Assembly: GCA_023390775.1 (NCBI GenBank)
Contig: JAEWCF010000014.1
Coordinates: 2,881 to 66,880 of the forward strand
DNA length: 64,000 nt
Origin: Bacteroidota bacterium
Lineage (GTDB): Bacteria; Bacteroidota; Bacteroidia; Flavobacteriales; Flavobacteriaceae
Reading direction: 5' to 3'
In this document: in pieces, positions 55,415-64,000 of the stretch
Position numbering within the stretch: the first letter of the stretch is position 1
How the letters are laid out: each line of letters starts with the position of its first letter
Notes under the pieces: model-generated
Told to the model about the DNA's origin: nothing
Database searches by the model: none
The model's input: the letters and a program-made list of their open reading frames with translations, nothing else
Position numbers and translations under genes: made by a program

Positions 55415-56910
55415 CCATAAAACAGATTGCCGCCAAATGGTTTGCCGCCATCATTGCCCAACGCACGCGAGCCTGGGCCATGAAACCCGAAAAAACGCAG
55501 GAGGCGGTTTTCAACAGTTTGATTTCCGCCGCACGCAACACACAGTTCGGGCGTGACCATCATTTTGGCGCCATCCGATCTTATGAGGATTTTGCCAAAC
55601 AAGTCCCCGTACGCGATTACGAGGCGCTGAAAGGATACGTGGACCTGGTTGTCGAGGGAAAAGCCGATGTGCTCTGGCCGGGAAAGCCGCACTATTTCGC
55701 CAAGACTTCGGGGACGACATCGGGAGCCAAATTCATACCGATTACCAAGGAGTCGATGCCGTACCATATTTCGGCTGCGCGGAATGCCATCCTGCATTAC
55801 ATCTACGAGACAGGCAATGCAGGTTTTGTCGATGGCAAAATGATTTTCCTGCAGGGAAGCCCCATCTTAAAGGAAAAACACGGAATCAAGATTGGCAGGT
55901 TGTCGGGCATCGTGGCTCATTTCGTACCCAAATACCTGCAAAAGAATCGCTTGCCGAGCTGGGAAACGAATTGCATCGAGGACTGGGAAACCAAAGTGGA
56001 CGCCATTGTCGGCGAGACGATCGGCCAGGACATGGCCGTGATTTCCGGGATTCCTTCCTGGGTGCAGATGTATTTTGAACGCCTGAAAGCCAAATCGGGA
56101 AAACCGGTGGGTGAACTCTTCCCGAATTTTAGCCTTTTCATTTACGGAGGCGTCAATTTTGAACCCTACCGGCCGGCGTTTTCGGCCTTGATCGGGCGTG
56201 AGGTGGACAGCATCGAACTGTTTCCCGCTTCGGAAGGATTCTTCGCCTATCAGGACAGCAGAAAGGAGAAAGGCATGTTGCTCCTGCTGAATTCCGGCAT
56301 TTTTTACGAGTTTATCCGTGCCGATGAATTTTTCGGTGAATACCCAAAACGGCTTACAATCGGAGAGGTGGAAACAGGCGTGAATTACGTCATGATCATT
56401 TCGACCAACGCGGGCCTATGGGCCTACAACATCGGCGATACGGTGATGTTCACGACGCTGAGACCCCATCGCGTGGTGGTGACGGGAAGAATCAAGCACT
56501 ATATTTCGGCGTTTGGCGAGCACGTCATCGGCAAGGAGGTCGAGACGGCGATGGAATCGGCCATCGGGAAGACCGGGGCGCTGGTCCGCGAATTTACCGT
56601 GGCACCGCAAATCGTGCCGGAATCCGGTTTGCCATATCACGAATGGCTCATCGAATTTGAAAAGGAACCGCAGGATATGGTAGCCTTCGTCTCGGAACTT
56701 GAAAATAGCATGCGTACGCAAAACATATACTATGACGACCTGATCACGGGAAAGGTGCTCCGGACGCTCGTGGTGACCAAAATCCCGGCAGGTGGCTTCG
56801 TGCAATACATGAAGTCGGTTGGGCGGCTGGGCGGACAAAACAAGTTGCCGAGGCTCTGCAATGACCGTTCGGTAGCCGATGCGTTGCCCAAATCCGGCGC
56901 GTATCATTAA
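55411..56910 (+). CDS. GH3 (auxin-responsive promoter) family adenylate-forming protein
   Basis: FAKTSGTTSGAKFIPIT and a YNIGD motif, with layout typical of Bacteroidota GH3 proteins. The start was chosen at MTIKQIAAKW. Confidence 0.85.
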   Translation: MTIKQIAAKWFAAIIAQRTRAWAMKPEKTQEAVFNSLISAARNTQFGRDHHFGAIRSYEDFAKQVPVRDYEALKGYVDLVVEGKADVLWPGKPHYFAKTSGTTSGAKFIPITKESMPYHISAARNAILHYIYETGNAGFVDGKMIFLQGSPILKEKHGIKIGRLSGIVAHFVPKYLQKNRLPSWETNCIEDWETKVDAIVGETIGQDMAVISGIPSWVQMYFERLKAKSGKPVGELFPNFSLFIYGGVNFEPYRPAFSALIGREVDSIELFPASEGFFAYQDSRKEKGMLLLLNSGIFYEFIRADEFFGEYPKRLTIGEVETGVNYVMIISTNAGLWAYNIGDTVMFTTLRPHRVVVTGRIKHYISAFGEHVIGKEVETAMESAIGKTGALVREFTVAPQIVPESGLPYHEWLIEFEKEPQDMVAFVSELENSMRTQNIYYDDLITGKVLRTLVVTKIPAGGFVQYMKSVGRLGGQNKLPRLCNDRSVADALPKSGAYH

Positions 56911-56916
56911 AAATCC

Positions 56917-56924
56917 TACATTTG
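56917..56924 (+). promoter_or_regulatory. candidate -7 box TACATTTG upstream of the 563-aa gene
   Basis: TAnnTTTG match 21 nt upstream of the ATG at 56945. Confidence 0.3.
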
Positions 56925-56944
56925 CGGGTTAGAAAAAGCATTAG

Positions 56945-58636
56945 ATGAAAGAAATCAAGAATATAGTACGCTCGCGGGCGCAGGAATCATCAAGCGCGGT
57001 CGAGAAATTATATATCACCATGCGGCACCTTTTCAACAGGGGTTTCTACAAGCCGATGGGGGTTTCGGGTGAGACGTTGAGGGAGGCTTTGTTGCAGCTC
57101 AGGCCCGAAATCTATGGCAGCATTGCCGAGGAAAAGGTGGAACTCAACGGCCTTTTGTACGTGATCGAAAGGCTACCCGTCGGCATCGAGGAGTGCCGGT
57201 TCATCAATTTGACTTCGGACGAAGGATACTCAAAATCACATTTCAAACCGATCATTCCGCCCAAGAGGAGGCGCAATTGTTACCGGATCGACGACGAGCA
57301 GATGAACGTGGAGATCACCCGCGGCCGGTCGGACATCTACGATATTTTGACACATCTGACTTTCATCTTCATCGAATCGCACAAGATCAAGAACCGCGTC
57401 TTGCTTGACGAGAGCGGAGAGGTTTCACGCGATTGGCAGAAGCTCGAGCAGGCGGTTTTAAGTACCAAGAAGCTCACGCAAACCGATCGCGAAAAGGCAA
57501 TCTCGCATACGGCGAACATTCTCGGCCGCACCTTTGCCGAAATCAACGAGATTTACGACGGTTTCTCGACCGCGGATAAACCCGACCGTTTCCTGCACAT
57601 CATCTACTGGCTGGGCAAACTCGCGATCGAGGAAATCCTGGAGAGCAACAAGCGCACGATCACTTTCAGCCCCGTGCTTCGGGAAAGGTTGGGACATCAC
57701 ATCCACGGCGAGATCTGGGCCAACAACATCAAGTCGGTGTTGCGGCAGAACGATCTGCTCCAGCGGCCCATCCACATCATCAGCGCGAACATGCACAGTG
57801 TCATGAACTCGCTTTTTGCGACGCACGTGCTCAAAAATAAATTCAAGGACAAATCTGATTTTTTCATTTTCGAGGAACTCAGCCGCCCCGGCGCACACGA
57901 GGTGAGGTCGAAGGTGGAGGAATTCGCGAAACAATCGGGGATGCTGTTTTTGCCCGATACTTCGGGAACCAACATCGACGTGCAAATTTTTGATACGGCC
58001 CGCATCGACTGGAAGAAATCGGCATTTCCCACAGCCAAGACGGGAGACGACAAACCCGTTTTGATCGTCATGGACTACGCGTTTGGCGAGCAGGCCTACG
58101 AAACGATCGACGAACTCCTGAAGCCGTACCAGGAATCCAAGGAAAAGAAGACTTTCCTCAACGTCCAATCGGTATCGATCATGGGCAAGGCGGGAATCCT
58201 TGAAGGCGGAAAGGGCGATATCATGATCCCGTCGGCACACATCAACGAGGGCACGGGCGACAATTACCCTTTTGAAAACGAGCTTTCGGCCGAAATGTTC
58301 GAGGGCAATGGAATCCCGGTCTACGCCGGACCGATGGTTACCGTTTTGGGAACCTCGCTTCAAAACCGCGACCTTTTGCAGTTTTTCAATAAATCCACCT
58401 GGGGCGTCATCGGCCTCGAAATGGAAGGCGCCTATTATCAGAAAGCCATACAATCGGCGTCCAAGATCCGCAAGAGCATCAATCCTGACGTAAAGGTGCG
58501 GTATGCGTATTATGCTTCGGATAACCCGCTTGAAACCGGATCGACGCTTGCCTCGGGCGGTCTTGGCACAACAGGCGTCAAACCTACTTACCTGATCACG
58601 ATCAAAATCCTGGAACAAATATTTAACACACATTGA
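56945..58636 (+). CDS. conserved hypothetical protein; the C-terminal half resembles the nucleoside phosphorylase / AMP nucleosidase fold
   Basis: C-terminal motifs IMGKAGILEGGKGDIMIPSAHI, GPMVTVLGT, GLEMEGAYY and YYASDNPL parallel, from memory, the PNP_UDP_1/Amn catalytic domain. The N-terminal 340 aa are unrecognised. Confidence 0.6.
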   Translation: MKEIKNIVRSRAQESSSAVEKLYITMRHLFNRGFYKPMGVSGETLREALLQLRPEIYGSIAEEKVELNGLLYVIERLPVGIEECRFINLTSDEGYSKSHFKPIIPPKRRRNCYRIDDEQMNVEITRGRSDIYDILTHLTFIFIESHKIKNRVLLDESGEVSRDWQKLEQAVLSTKKLTQTDREKAISHTANILGRTFAEINEIYDGFSTADKPDRFLHIIYWLGKLAIEEILESNKRTITFSPVLRERLGHHIHGEIWANNIKSVLRQNDLLQRPIHIISANMHSVMNSLFATHVLKNKFKDKSDFFIFEELSRPGAHEVRSKVEEFAKQSGMLFLPDTSGTNIDVQIFDTARIDWKKSAFPTAKTGDDKPVLIVMDYAFGEQAYETIDELLKPYQESKEKKTFLNVQSVSIMGKAGILEGGKGDIMIPSAHINEGTGDNYPFENELSAEMFEGNGIPVYAGPMVTVLGTSLQNRDLLQFFNKSTWGVIGLEMEGAYYQKAIQSASKIRKSINPDVKVRYAYYASDNPLETGSTLASGGLGTTGVKPTYLITIKILEQIFNTH

Positions 58637-58637
58637 T

Positions 58638-59618
58638 ATGAGCCCGACCCCTAAGAAAGCGGACGACGAAGAACTGGACCTCTCGGCAATTGGCCGAAAT
58701 ATTTCAAACGTTATTGAGAAAATCAACTTCCAGGTTTTCAGGGTAATCCGTTTTTTTGTCCGGAATGCCCTTATTATCGGGATCCTTTTCGTTTTGGGCG
58801 TCGCTTTGGGCATCTACCTGGACCGGGTCCAGCGCACCTATGACCATCAGGTAATCGTTTCGCCGCACTTTGGCAGCGTGGATTACATGTACGGCAAGGT
58901 CAATCTTTTGGAGGCCAAGATCCGCGAGCAGGACACGGTTTTCCTTAAGAGGGCCGGTTTCAAGAACCCGGACCGGCTTATCAAAATGGAGATCAAGCCC
59001 GTCGTGGATGTGTACCGATTTGTCAACCAGTCCGAACGCAATTTCGAGTTGCTCAAACTCATGTCTGAAGACGGCGACATCAAGAAGGTCGTGGAAGAAC
59101 CCACTACCAGCAAACATTACACGTACCACGTGATCACGTTTTCAACCAGGCAGATGACAAGCCCCGAAAGCACCCTGAAACCCCTGATGAATTACCTCAA
59201 CAACAGCGAGTTTTTCAGGCAGATCCAGAAAGAGTATGTCAACAATGTAAAGGTCAAAATTGCCAAGAACGAGGCGACGCTGGCCCAGATCGATGCGGTC
59301 CTGAACGCCATCGGGAATTCCAACTCGGAGGCTACCAAACCCGGCAATCTTGTGTATATCAACGAGAACACACAACTCAACGACGTGCTCGAGACCAAGG
59401 ACGAACTCCTGCGCGAACAAGGCAACCATCGGATCGATTTGGTCAGCCTGGACAAGATCGTGAAGGAAAATTCGAATATTCTCAACATCGAGAACAACAA
59501 GTCGGTCAACGGAAAAATGAAGCTCGTGTTGCCCATCATTTTCATCCTGATGTTCATCGCGATCAACCGTTTCCGGAAATTCTACCGCACGCAATCCATG
59601 AAATACAATAACGCCTGA
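58638..59618 (+). CDS. Wzz-like polysaccharide chain-length determinant (PCP) family protein
   Basis: N-terminal TM and C-terminal TM flank a helical periplasmic region. It lies next to the rfb genes. Family-level call only. Confidence 0.55.
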   Translation: MSPTPKKADDEELDLSAIGRNISNVIEKINFQVFRVIRFFVRNALIIGILFVLGVALGIYLDRVQRTYDHQVIVSPHFGSVDYMYGKVNLLEAKIREQDTVFLKRAGFKNPDRLIKMEIKPVVDVYRFVNQSERNFELLKLMSEDGDIKKVVEEPTTSKHYTYHVITFSTRQMTSPESTLKPLMNYLNNSEFFRQIQKEYVNNVKVKIAKNEATLAQIDAVLNAIGNSNSEATKPGNLVYINENTQLNDVLETKDELLREQGNHRIDLVSLDKIVKENSNILNIENNKSVNGKMKLVLPIIFILMFIAINRFRKFYRTQSMKYNNA

Positions 59619-59620
59619 TC

Positions 59621-60478
59621 ATGAAGGGAATTCTGTTGGCGGGCGGATCCGGTACGCGCTTGCATCCATTGACTCTGGCTGTAAGCAAACAGCTGATGCC
59701 GATCTACGACAAACCGATGATTTACTACCCGCTGTCCACGCTGTTGTGGGCGGGAATTAACGAGGTCCTGATCATTTCCACACCGCACGATCTGCCCTTG
59801 TTCCGAAAATTGCTGGGCGATGGCAGCCAGATCGGTTGCCGGTTTGAATACGCGGTCCAGGAACAGCCCAATGGACTGGCCGAAGCCTTCATCATTGGCA
59901 GGGACTTTATCGGTGAAGACAAGGCCGCACTGGTCTTGGGCGACAACATCTTCTACGGGACCGGCCTGGCCGATCTCCTGCAGGCCAACAACGACCCCGA
60001 CGGCGGAATCATCTACGCCTATCACGTGCACGATCCGGAGCGCTACGGCGTTGTGGAATTCGACAAGGAAGGACGGGTGCTTTCCATTGAGGAGAAACCT
60101 TCGGTTCCCAAATCAAATTACGCCGTGCCGGGCATTTACTTCTACGATAACGAGGTGGTGGAAATCGCCGCGTCGATCAAACCAAGCCATCGCGGCGAGC
60201 TCGAGATTACCGATGTCAATCGCGAATACCTGAACCGCGGCAAACTCAAGGTCTCCATTCTGGACCGCGGAACCGCGTGGCTGGACACGGGAACGTTCAA
60301 TTCTCTGATGCAGGCCTCGCAATTCGTGCAGGTTATCGAGGAACGACAGGGGCTCAAGATCGGGGCGATCGAAGAAGCAGCCTATCGCATGGGCTTCATC
60401 GACGCCGATCAACTTCGGGCCCTGGCGATGCCCTTGCTCAAGAGCGGGTACGGTACACATTTATTGAGCCTGATCTGA
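59621..60478 (+). CDS. rfbA: glucose-1-phosphate thymidylyltransferase
   Basis: [18 protein letters not shown]..., 285 aa, highly conserved. Confidence 0.95.
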   Translation: MKGILLAGGSGTRLHPLTLAVSKQLMPIYDKPMIYYPLSTLLWAGINEVLIISTPHDLPLFRKLLGDGSQIGCRFEYAVQEQPNGLAEAFIIGRDFIGEDKAALVLGDNIFYGTGLADLLQANNDPDGGIIYAYHVHDPERYGVVEFDKEGRVLSIEEKPSVPKSNYAVPGIYFYDNEVVEIAASIKPSHRGELEITDVNREYLNRGKLKVSILDRGTAWLDTGTFNSLMQASQFVQVIEERQGLKIGAIEEAAYRMGFIDADQLRALAMPLLKSGYGTHLLSLI

Positions 60479-61026
60479 TGGAAGTTACCAAAACCGCATT
60501 GGAAGGCTGCGTTATCCTCTCCCCGAAAGTGGTGGGCGACAACCGTGGCTATTTCATGGAAAGCTATAATGAACAGGTTTTTGACCGGGCGGTTGGCACA
60601 AAAGTGCGCTTTGTCCAGGACAATCAATCGTTTTCCGGCAGAGGCGTCATTCGGGGACTGCATTATCAAACAGGCGAACATGCCCAGGCCAAGTTGGTTC
60701 GGGTCATTGCCGGCGAGGTGCTGGATGTGGCTGTGGACATCAGACCCGGATCGGCCACCTTCGGACAACACGTAGCGGTGCGCCTTTCAGCCGAAAACAA
60801 TTTGCAGCTCTTTATTCCCCGCGGTTTTGCGCACGGGTTTGCAGTACTGAGCGAAACGGCGATTTTTGCCTACAAATGCGACAATTTCTACAACCGGGAA
60901 TCCGAGGGAGGAATCCTGTACAACGACCCCGACCTTGCCATTGACTGGCAGCTTGAAGGGGAGCACAACGTTTCCGAAAAGGATATCGCACTTCCGAACC
61001 TAAAAAATGCCCGACCCGTATGGTAG
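60478..61026 (+). CDS. rfbC: dTDP-4-dehydrorhamnose 3,5-epimerase
   Basis: DNRGYFMESY...RGLHYQ...AKLVRV motifs. The start at 60478 overlaps the rfbA stop. Confidence 0.93.
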   Translation: MEVTKTALEGCVILSPKVVGDNRGYFMESYNEQVFDRAVGTKVRFVQDNQSFSGRGVIRGLHYQTGEHAQAKLVRVIAGEVLDVAVDIRPGSATFGQHVAVRLSAENNLQLFIPRGFAHGFAVLSETAIFAYKCDNFYNRESEGGILYNDPDLAIDWQLEGEHNVSEKDIALPNLKNARPVW

Positions 61027-61859
61027 TGCTGGTCACGGGTGCCAACGGGCAGCTGGGACAGGCGCTTCGAGCGGCATCGGTGCATACGGCAGGGCTTCAT
61101 TTCGTTTTTGCGGCATCCTCGGATCTCGATATCTGCGACCCCGACTCAGTCCGTCGTAATTTCGAATTGCACAAACCCGATTTCTGCATCAATGCGGCAG
61201 CATACACCGCAGTCGACAAGGCTGAATCCGACCGCGAGGCGGCCTTTCGCATCAATGCCGAAGCGGTAAATTATCTTGCATCGTCCTGCGACGAAAGCAA
61301 TTGCACCCTGATCCAGATCTCTACAGACTTTGTCTTTGACGGCAAGAAGCGGGCGCCATACCTGGAAACTGACACCGCGAGCCCGTTAAACGTTTATGGC
61401 GCATCTAAACTTGCCGGTGAATCGGCTGCTGCGCGTTGCCCAAAACATTTTATTGTGCGCACCTCATGGGTTTATTCGCATTTTGGCCACAACTTTTTCA
61501 AGACGATGCTGCGCCTGGCCTCGGAACGCGACCGGCTCACCGTGGTCAACGACCAGATGGGTACGCCAACATACGCCCCGGATCTCGCATCGGCCCTGAT
61601 TCGGATTGTATTATCGAACAGCTGCCAATACGGAATTTACCACTACAGCAACCTGGGAGAAGCAACCTGGTTTGATTTTGCGACCGAGATTTTTCGGAAG
61701 AATGATGTGCGGATCGATCTTCAGCCCGTACCGACCGCGGCATTTCCGACCGCCGCCGAACGGCCGCCCTATAGCGTAATGGACAAGTCAAAAATCATGC
61801 GGACTTTCAACCTGTCCATCAGGCCGTGGGAAGATGCGGTACCTTCTATTCGCGGATAA
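61020..61859 (+). CDS. rfbD: dTDP-4-dehydrorhamnose reductase
   Basis: VLVTGANGQLG Rossmann motif, YGASK catalytic context, 279 aa. Confidence 0.92.
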   Translation: MVVLVTGANGQLGQALRAASVHTAGLHFVFAASSDLDICDPDSVRRNFELHKPDFCINAAAYTAVDKAESDREAAFRINAEAVNYLASSCDESNCTLIQISTDFVFDGKKRAPYLETDTASPLNVYGASKLAGESAAARCPKHFIVRTSWVYSHFGHNFFKTMLRLASERDRLTVVNDQMGTPTYAPDLASALIRIVLSNSCQYGIYHYSNLGEATWFDFATEIFRKNDVRIDLQPVPTAAFPTAAERPPYSVMDKSKIMRTFNLSIRPWEDAVPSIRG

Positions 61860-64000
61860 TTTTCCTGACAACCTTTTTCGCATTATCGGTCAACACCAGC
61901 ATATACGTGCCGGCCGACAACCCCTGCAGTTCGATTTTGCCGTGTTGGCTCCTTCCCGAACGAACCCATTTTCCATCGGCGCTGTAAAGCTCAAATGAAA
62001 GGTTCCTCGCAATGTTGAGGTAAATGAGCTCGGCAAACGGGTTTGGATAAATCGAAATCGCATCGAGCGGATTTTGAGGCGTACCGAGTTCGTCCTCAAC
62101 CGTGATTGAAAGGTCAAAAGAGGCCGAACCGCCGGTGTTATGCGCAGTCACCGTGTAAATGGCTTCTGGCGATGTAGCGGTAGGTGTACCCGAAATCTGT
62201 CCGGTCACCGTATCGATCGTAAGACCAGCCGGAAGTGGAGGCGCAACGGAGAAATGCGTCACATTGCCGCTTACCGTCGGGATCAATGGCTCAATCTGGG
62301 AATTTACGTGATACACATGCGGATTGAGATAACTCAGGTTTGAAGGGGCAGCTTCGAATACGGTGATAATGACATCGAAAGTGGCGTTTCCACCCGAATT
62401 CACTGCCATAACCGTATACGCGGCGGTAGAAGAAACTTCAAGCGGTGTACCCGAAATTTCACCCGTGGCAGTCGAAAAGACCAATCCTGCCGGCAATTCA
62501 GGCTGGATCGAATAGCTGTTCACGTTGCCCGTAATGGTTGGCATCAATGGTGTTATCGCCGTTCCGACGTTGAACACATTGGGCGAGTTGTATGACAATC
62601 CGGTGGGCGCAACGTCGTTGATGGTAATGAACAATTCTGCGCTTGCTGACCCGGAAGCGTTTGCGGCCGTAACCGTATATAAAGTGGTCAGCATGACCTG
62701 CATCGGAGTGCCCGAAATTATGCCGCTCATAGGATCCATCGAAAGGCCTTGCGGCAGATCCGGTTGGATGGAAAAGGCCAGACCGGTTCCGGCAGTTGTG
62801 GGCACAAGCGGTGCAATTGCCTGCCCGATCGTATACACATTGGAAGCCGTGTAGCTTACCGCAGGCATGTTGTCGATCACTTCTATCTGGATGGTGAAAG
62901 TGGCCGATCCCCCGGAATTACTTGCCGTGACAGTATAGCCGGACATTGTGGAGACCGCGGCCGGCGTGCCGGAAATGATTCCTGTAGCCGAATCGAGGAC
63001 AAGCCCCGAGGGAAGTTCGGGATCGATGGTGTAAACTTCTACGTTACCCACAACTGAAGGCGCAAGCGGAGATATCTCAAATCCGATCACAAAAGTATTG
63101 GGGGAATTGTAAGCAAGAGCAAAAGGGGCAATGTCAACCACCGTAATTTCAACCCCGAAACTCGTTGAGCCGCCCGAATTCGCCGCGGTTACTGTATAAG
63201 TTTCGGTCGAGGTGACGGCAGTCGGTGTTCCTGAAATCACACCCGTCGATGTGTTGAACGAGAGCCCCGCAGGCAGGTTCGGCGAAATCGAATAGGACGA
63301 GACGCTTCCGGTCACGGTCGGAGAAAGTGGCGTGATGGCCGTTCCGACGGTGAAGGTGTTCGGCGAATTGTAGGAAAGTGCAACCGGTGCCGCGTCGTTC
63401 ACGGTAATCACAACCCCGAAACTCGTCGAGCCACCCGAATTCGTCGCGGTTACTGTGTAAGTTTCAGTAGCTGAAATCACAGTCGGAGTTCCCGAAATCA
63501 CCCCCGTCGTCGTATTGAACGAAAGGCCCGCAGGCAGGTTCGGAGAAATCGAATAGGACGAAACGCTTCCTGTCACGGTCGGCGAAAGTGGTGTGATGGC
63601 CGTTCCGACGGTGAAGGTGTTCGGCGAATTGTACGAAAGTGCAACCGGCGCCGCGTCGATTACGGTAATCACAACCCCGAAAGTAGTCGATCCCCCGGTG
63701 TTGGCCGCAGTCACGGTATAAGTTTCAGTAGCTGAAATCACAGTCGGTGTTCCCGAGATCACACCCGTCGATGTGTTGAACGAGAGCCCCGCAGGCAGAC
63801 CAGGCAAAATCGAGTACGACGAAACGTTTCCGGTAACGGATGGCGACAGCGGCGTAATAGCCGTTCCTACGGTGAAGGTGTTCGGCGAGTTGTAAGAAAG
63901 GGCTACCGGAGCCGCGTCGTTCACGGTAATCACAACCCCGAAGGTGGTCGATCCTCCGGTGTTGTTCGCAGTCACGGTATAAGTCGCAGTTGCAGTCACG
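61846..64000 (-). CDS. T9SS-secreted surface protein with at least 7 tandem putative-Ig (He_PIG-like) domains and a C-terminal T9SS sorting domain (N-terminus beyond the right edge)
   Basis: Repeated LPAGLSFNTxTGVISGTPT...YTVTAxNxGGS units. The C-terminus IYPNPFAELIYLNI...GTYMLVLTDNAKKVVRKIIRE is typical of a type A Por/T9SS CTD. The frame is open to the window edge. Confidence 0.85.
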   Translation of the reverse strand, partial: VTATATYTVTANNTGGSTTFGVVITVNDAAPVALSYNSPNTFTVGTAITPLSPSVTGNVSSYSILPGLPAGLSFNTSTGVISGTPTVISATETYTVTAANTGGSTTFGVVITVIDAAPVALSYNSPNTFTVGTAITPLSPTVTGSVSSYSISPNLPAGLSFNTTTGVISGTPTVISATETYTVTATNSGGSTSFGVVITVNDAAPVALSYNSPNTFTVGTAITPLSPTVTGSVSSYSISPNLPAGLSFNTSTGVISGTPTAVTSTETYTVTAANSGGSTSFGVEITVVDIAPFALAYNSPNTFVIGFEISPLAPSVVGNVEVYTIDPELPSGLVLDSATGIISGTPAAVSTMSGYTVTASNSGGSATFTIQIEVIDNMPAVSYTASNVYTIGQAIAPLVPTTAGTGLAFSIQPDLPQGLSMDPMSGIISGTPMQVMLTTLYTVTAANASGSASAELFITINDVAPTGLSYNSPNVFNVGTAITPLMPTITGNVNSYSIQPELPAGLVFSTATGEISGTPLEVSSTAAYTVMAVNSGGNATFDVIITVFEAAPSNLSYLNPHVYHVNSQIEPLIPTVSGNVTHFSVAPPLPAGLTIDTVTGQISGTPTATSPEAIYTVTAHNTGGSASFDLSITVEDELGTPQNPLDAISIYPNPFAELIYLNIARNLSFELYSADGKWVRSGRSQHGKIELQGLSAGTYMLVLTDNAKKVVRKIIRE
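62110..64000 (-). repeat. in-frame tandem repeat, period 261 bp (87 aa)
   Basis: GTTCC(G/T)ACGGTGAAGGTGTTCGGCGA recurs at 63341, 63602 and 63863. Copies toward the C-terminus are more diverged. Confidence 0.85.

Noticed and set aside
57458-58813. 451-aa ORF on the minus strand
   Set aside because: Antisense to the 563-aa gene and to the start of the Wzz-like gene. It is Arg/Val/Phe-rich low-information sequence. The plus-strand genes have coherent domain motifs and promoter boxes.

Overview
This looks like a chromosomal window from a Bacteroidota genome, probably Flavobacteriia-like. The basis is several T9SS/DUF families typical of the group, TAnnTTTG -7 promoter boxes, no Shine-Dalgarno signals, and a T9SS C-terminal sorting domain. 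It is densely coding and mostly housekeeping.

Main content:
- A complete 11-gene suf Fe-S cluster operon on the minus strand (sufA/iscA-sufB-sufC-[insert]-sufD-sufS-lipoprotein-sufE-DUF59-DUF2480).
- Core genes: hflX, pgk, holB, mnmG, ybeY, gltX, glnS, folB, one tRNA-Cys(GCA), rnr, rpiB, tex, tatA and rfbACD.
- Secreted peptidases of families S8, M1, S41 and M23.
- Two very large repeat-rich surface proteins that run off both window edges.

I found no rRNA, CRISPR array, transposase, integrase, prophage or recognisable defence system. I cannot honestly name a new multi-gene system here.

Observations most worth follow-up:
1. Short 7-8 nt tandem arrays in inverted orientation fill three suf intergenic spacers. 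One pair brackets an AT-rich four-helix-bundle gene of the 23S rRNA IVS-protein family.
2. A non-coding tandem repeat of about 170 bp (about 2.4 copies) lies between the convergent tex and tatA.
3. A 500-bp AT-rich spacer between convergent genes carries repeated TTATCAACA (DnaA-box-like) 9-mers and coincides with a switch in gene-strand bias.
4. A 563-aa protein with an AMP-nucleosidase/nucleoside-phosphorylase-like C-terminal half sits next to a GH3-family gene.
5. GlnRS carries a C-terminal extension of about 125 aa.

The many long ORFs antisense to real genes are treated as GC3 artefacts.
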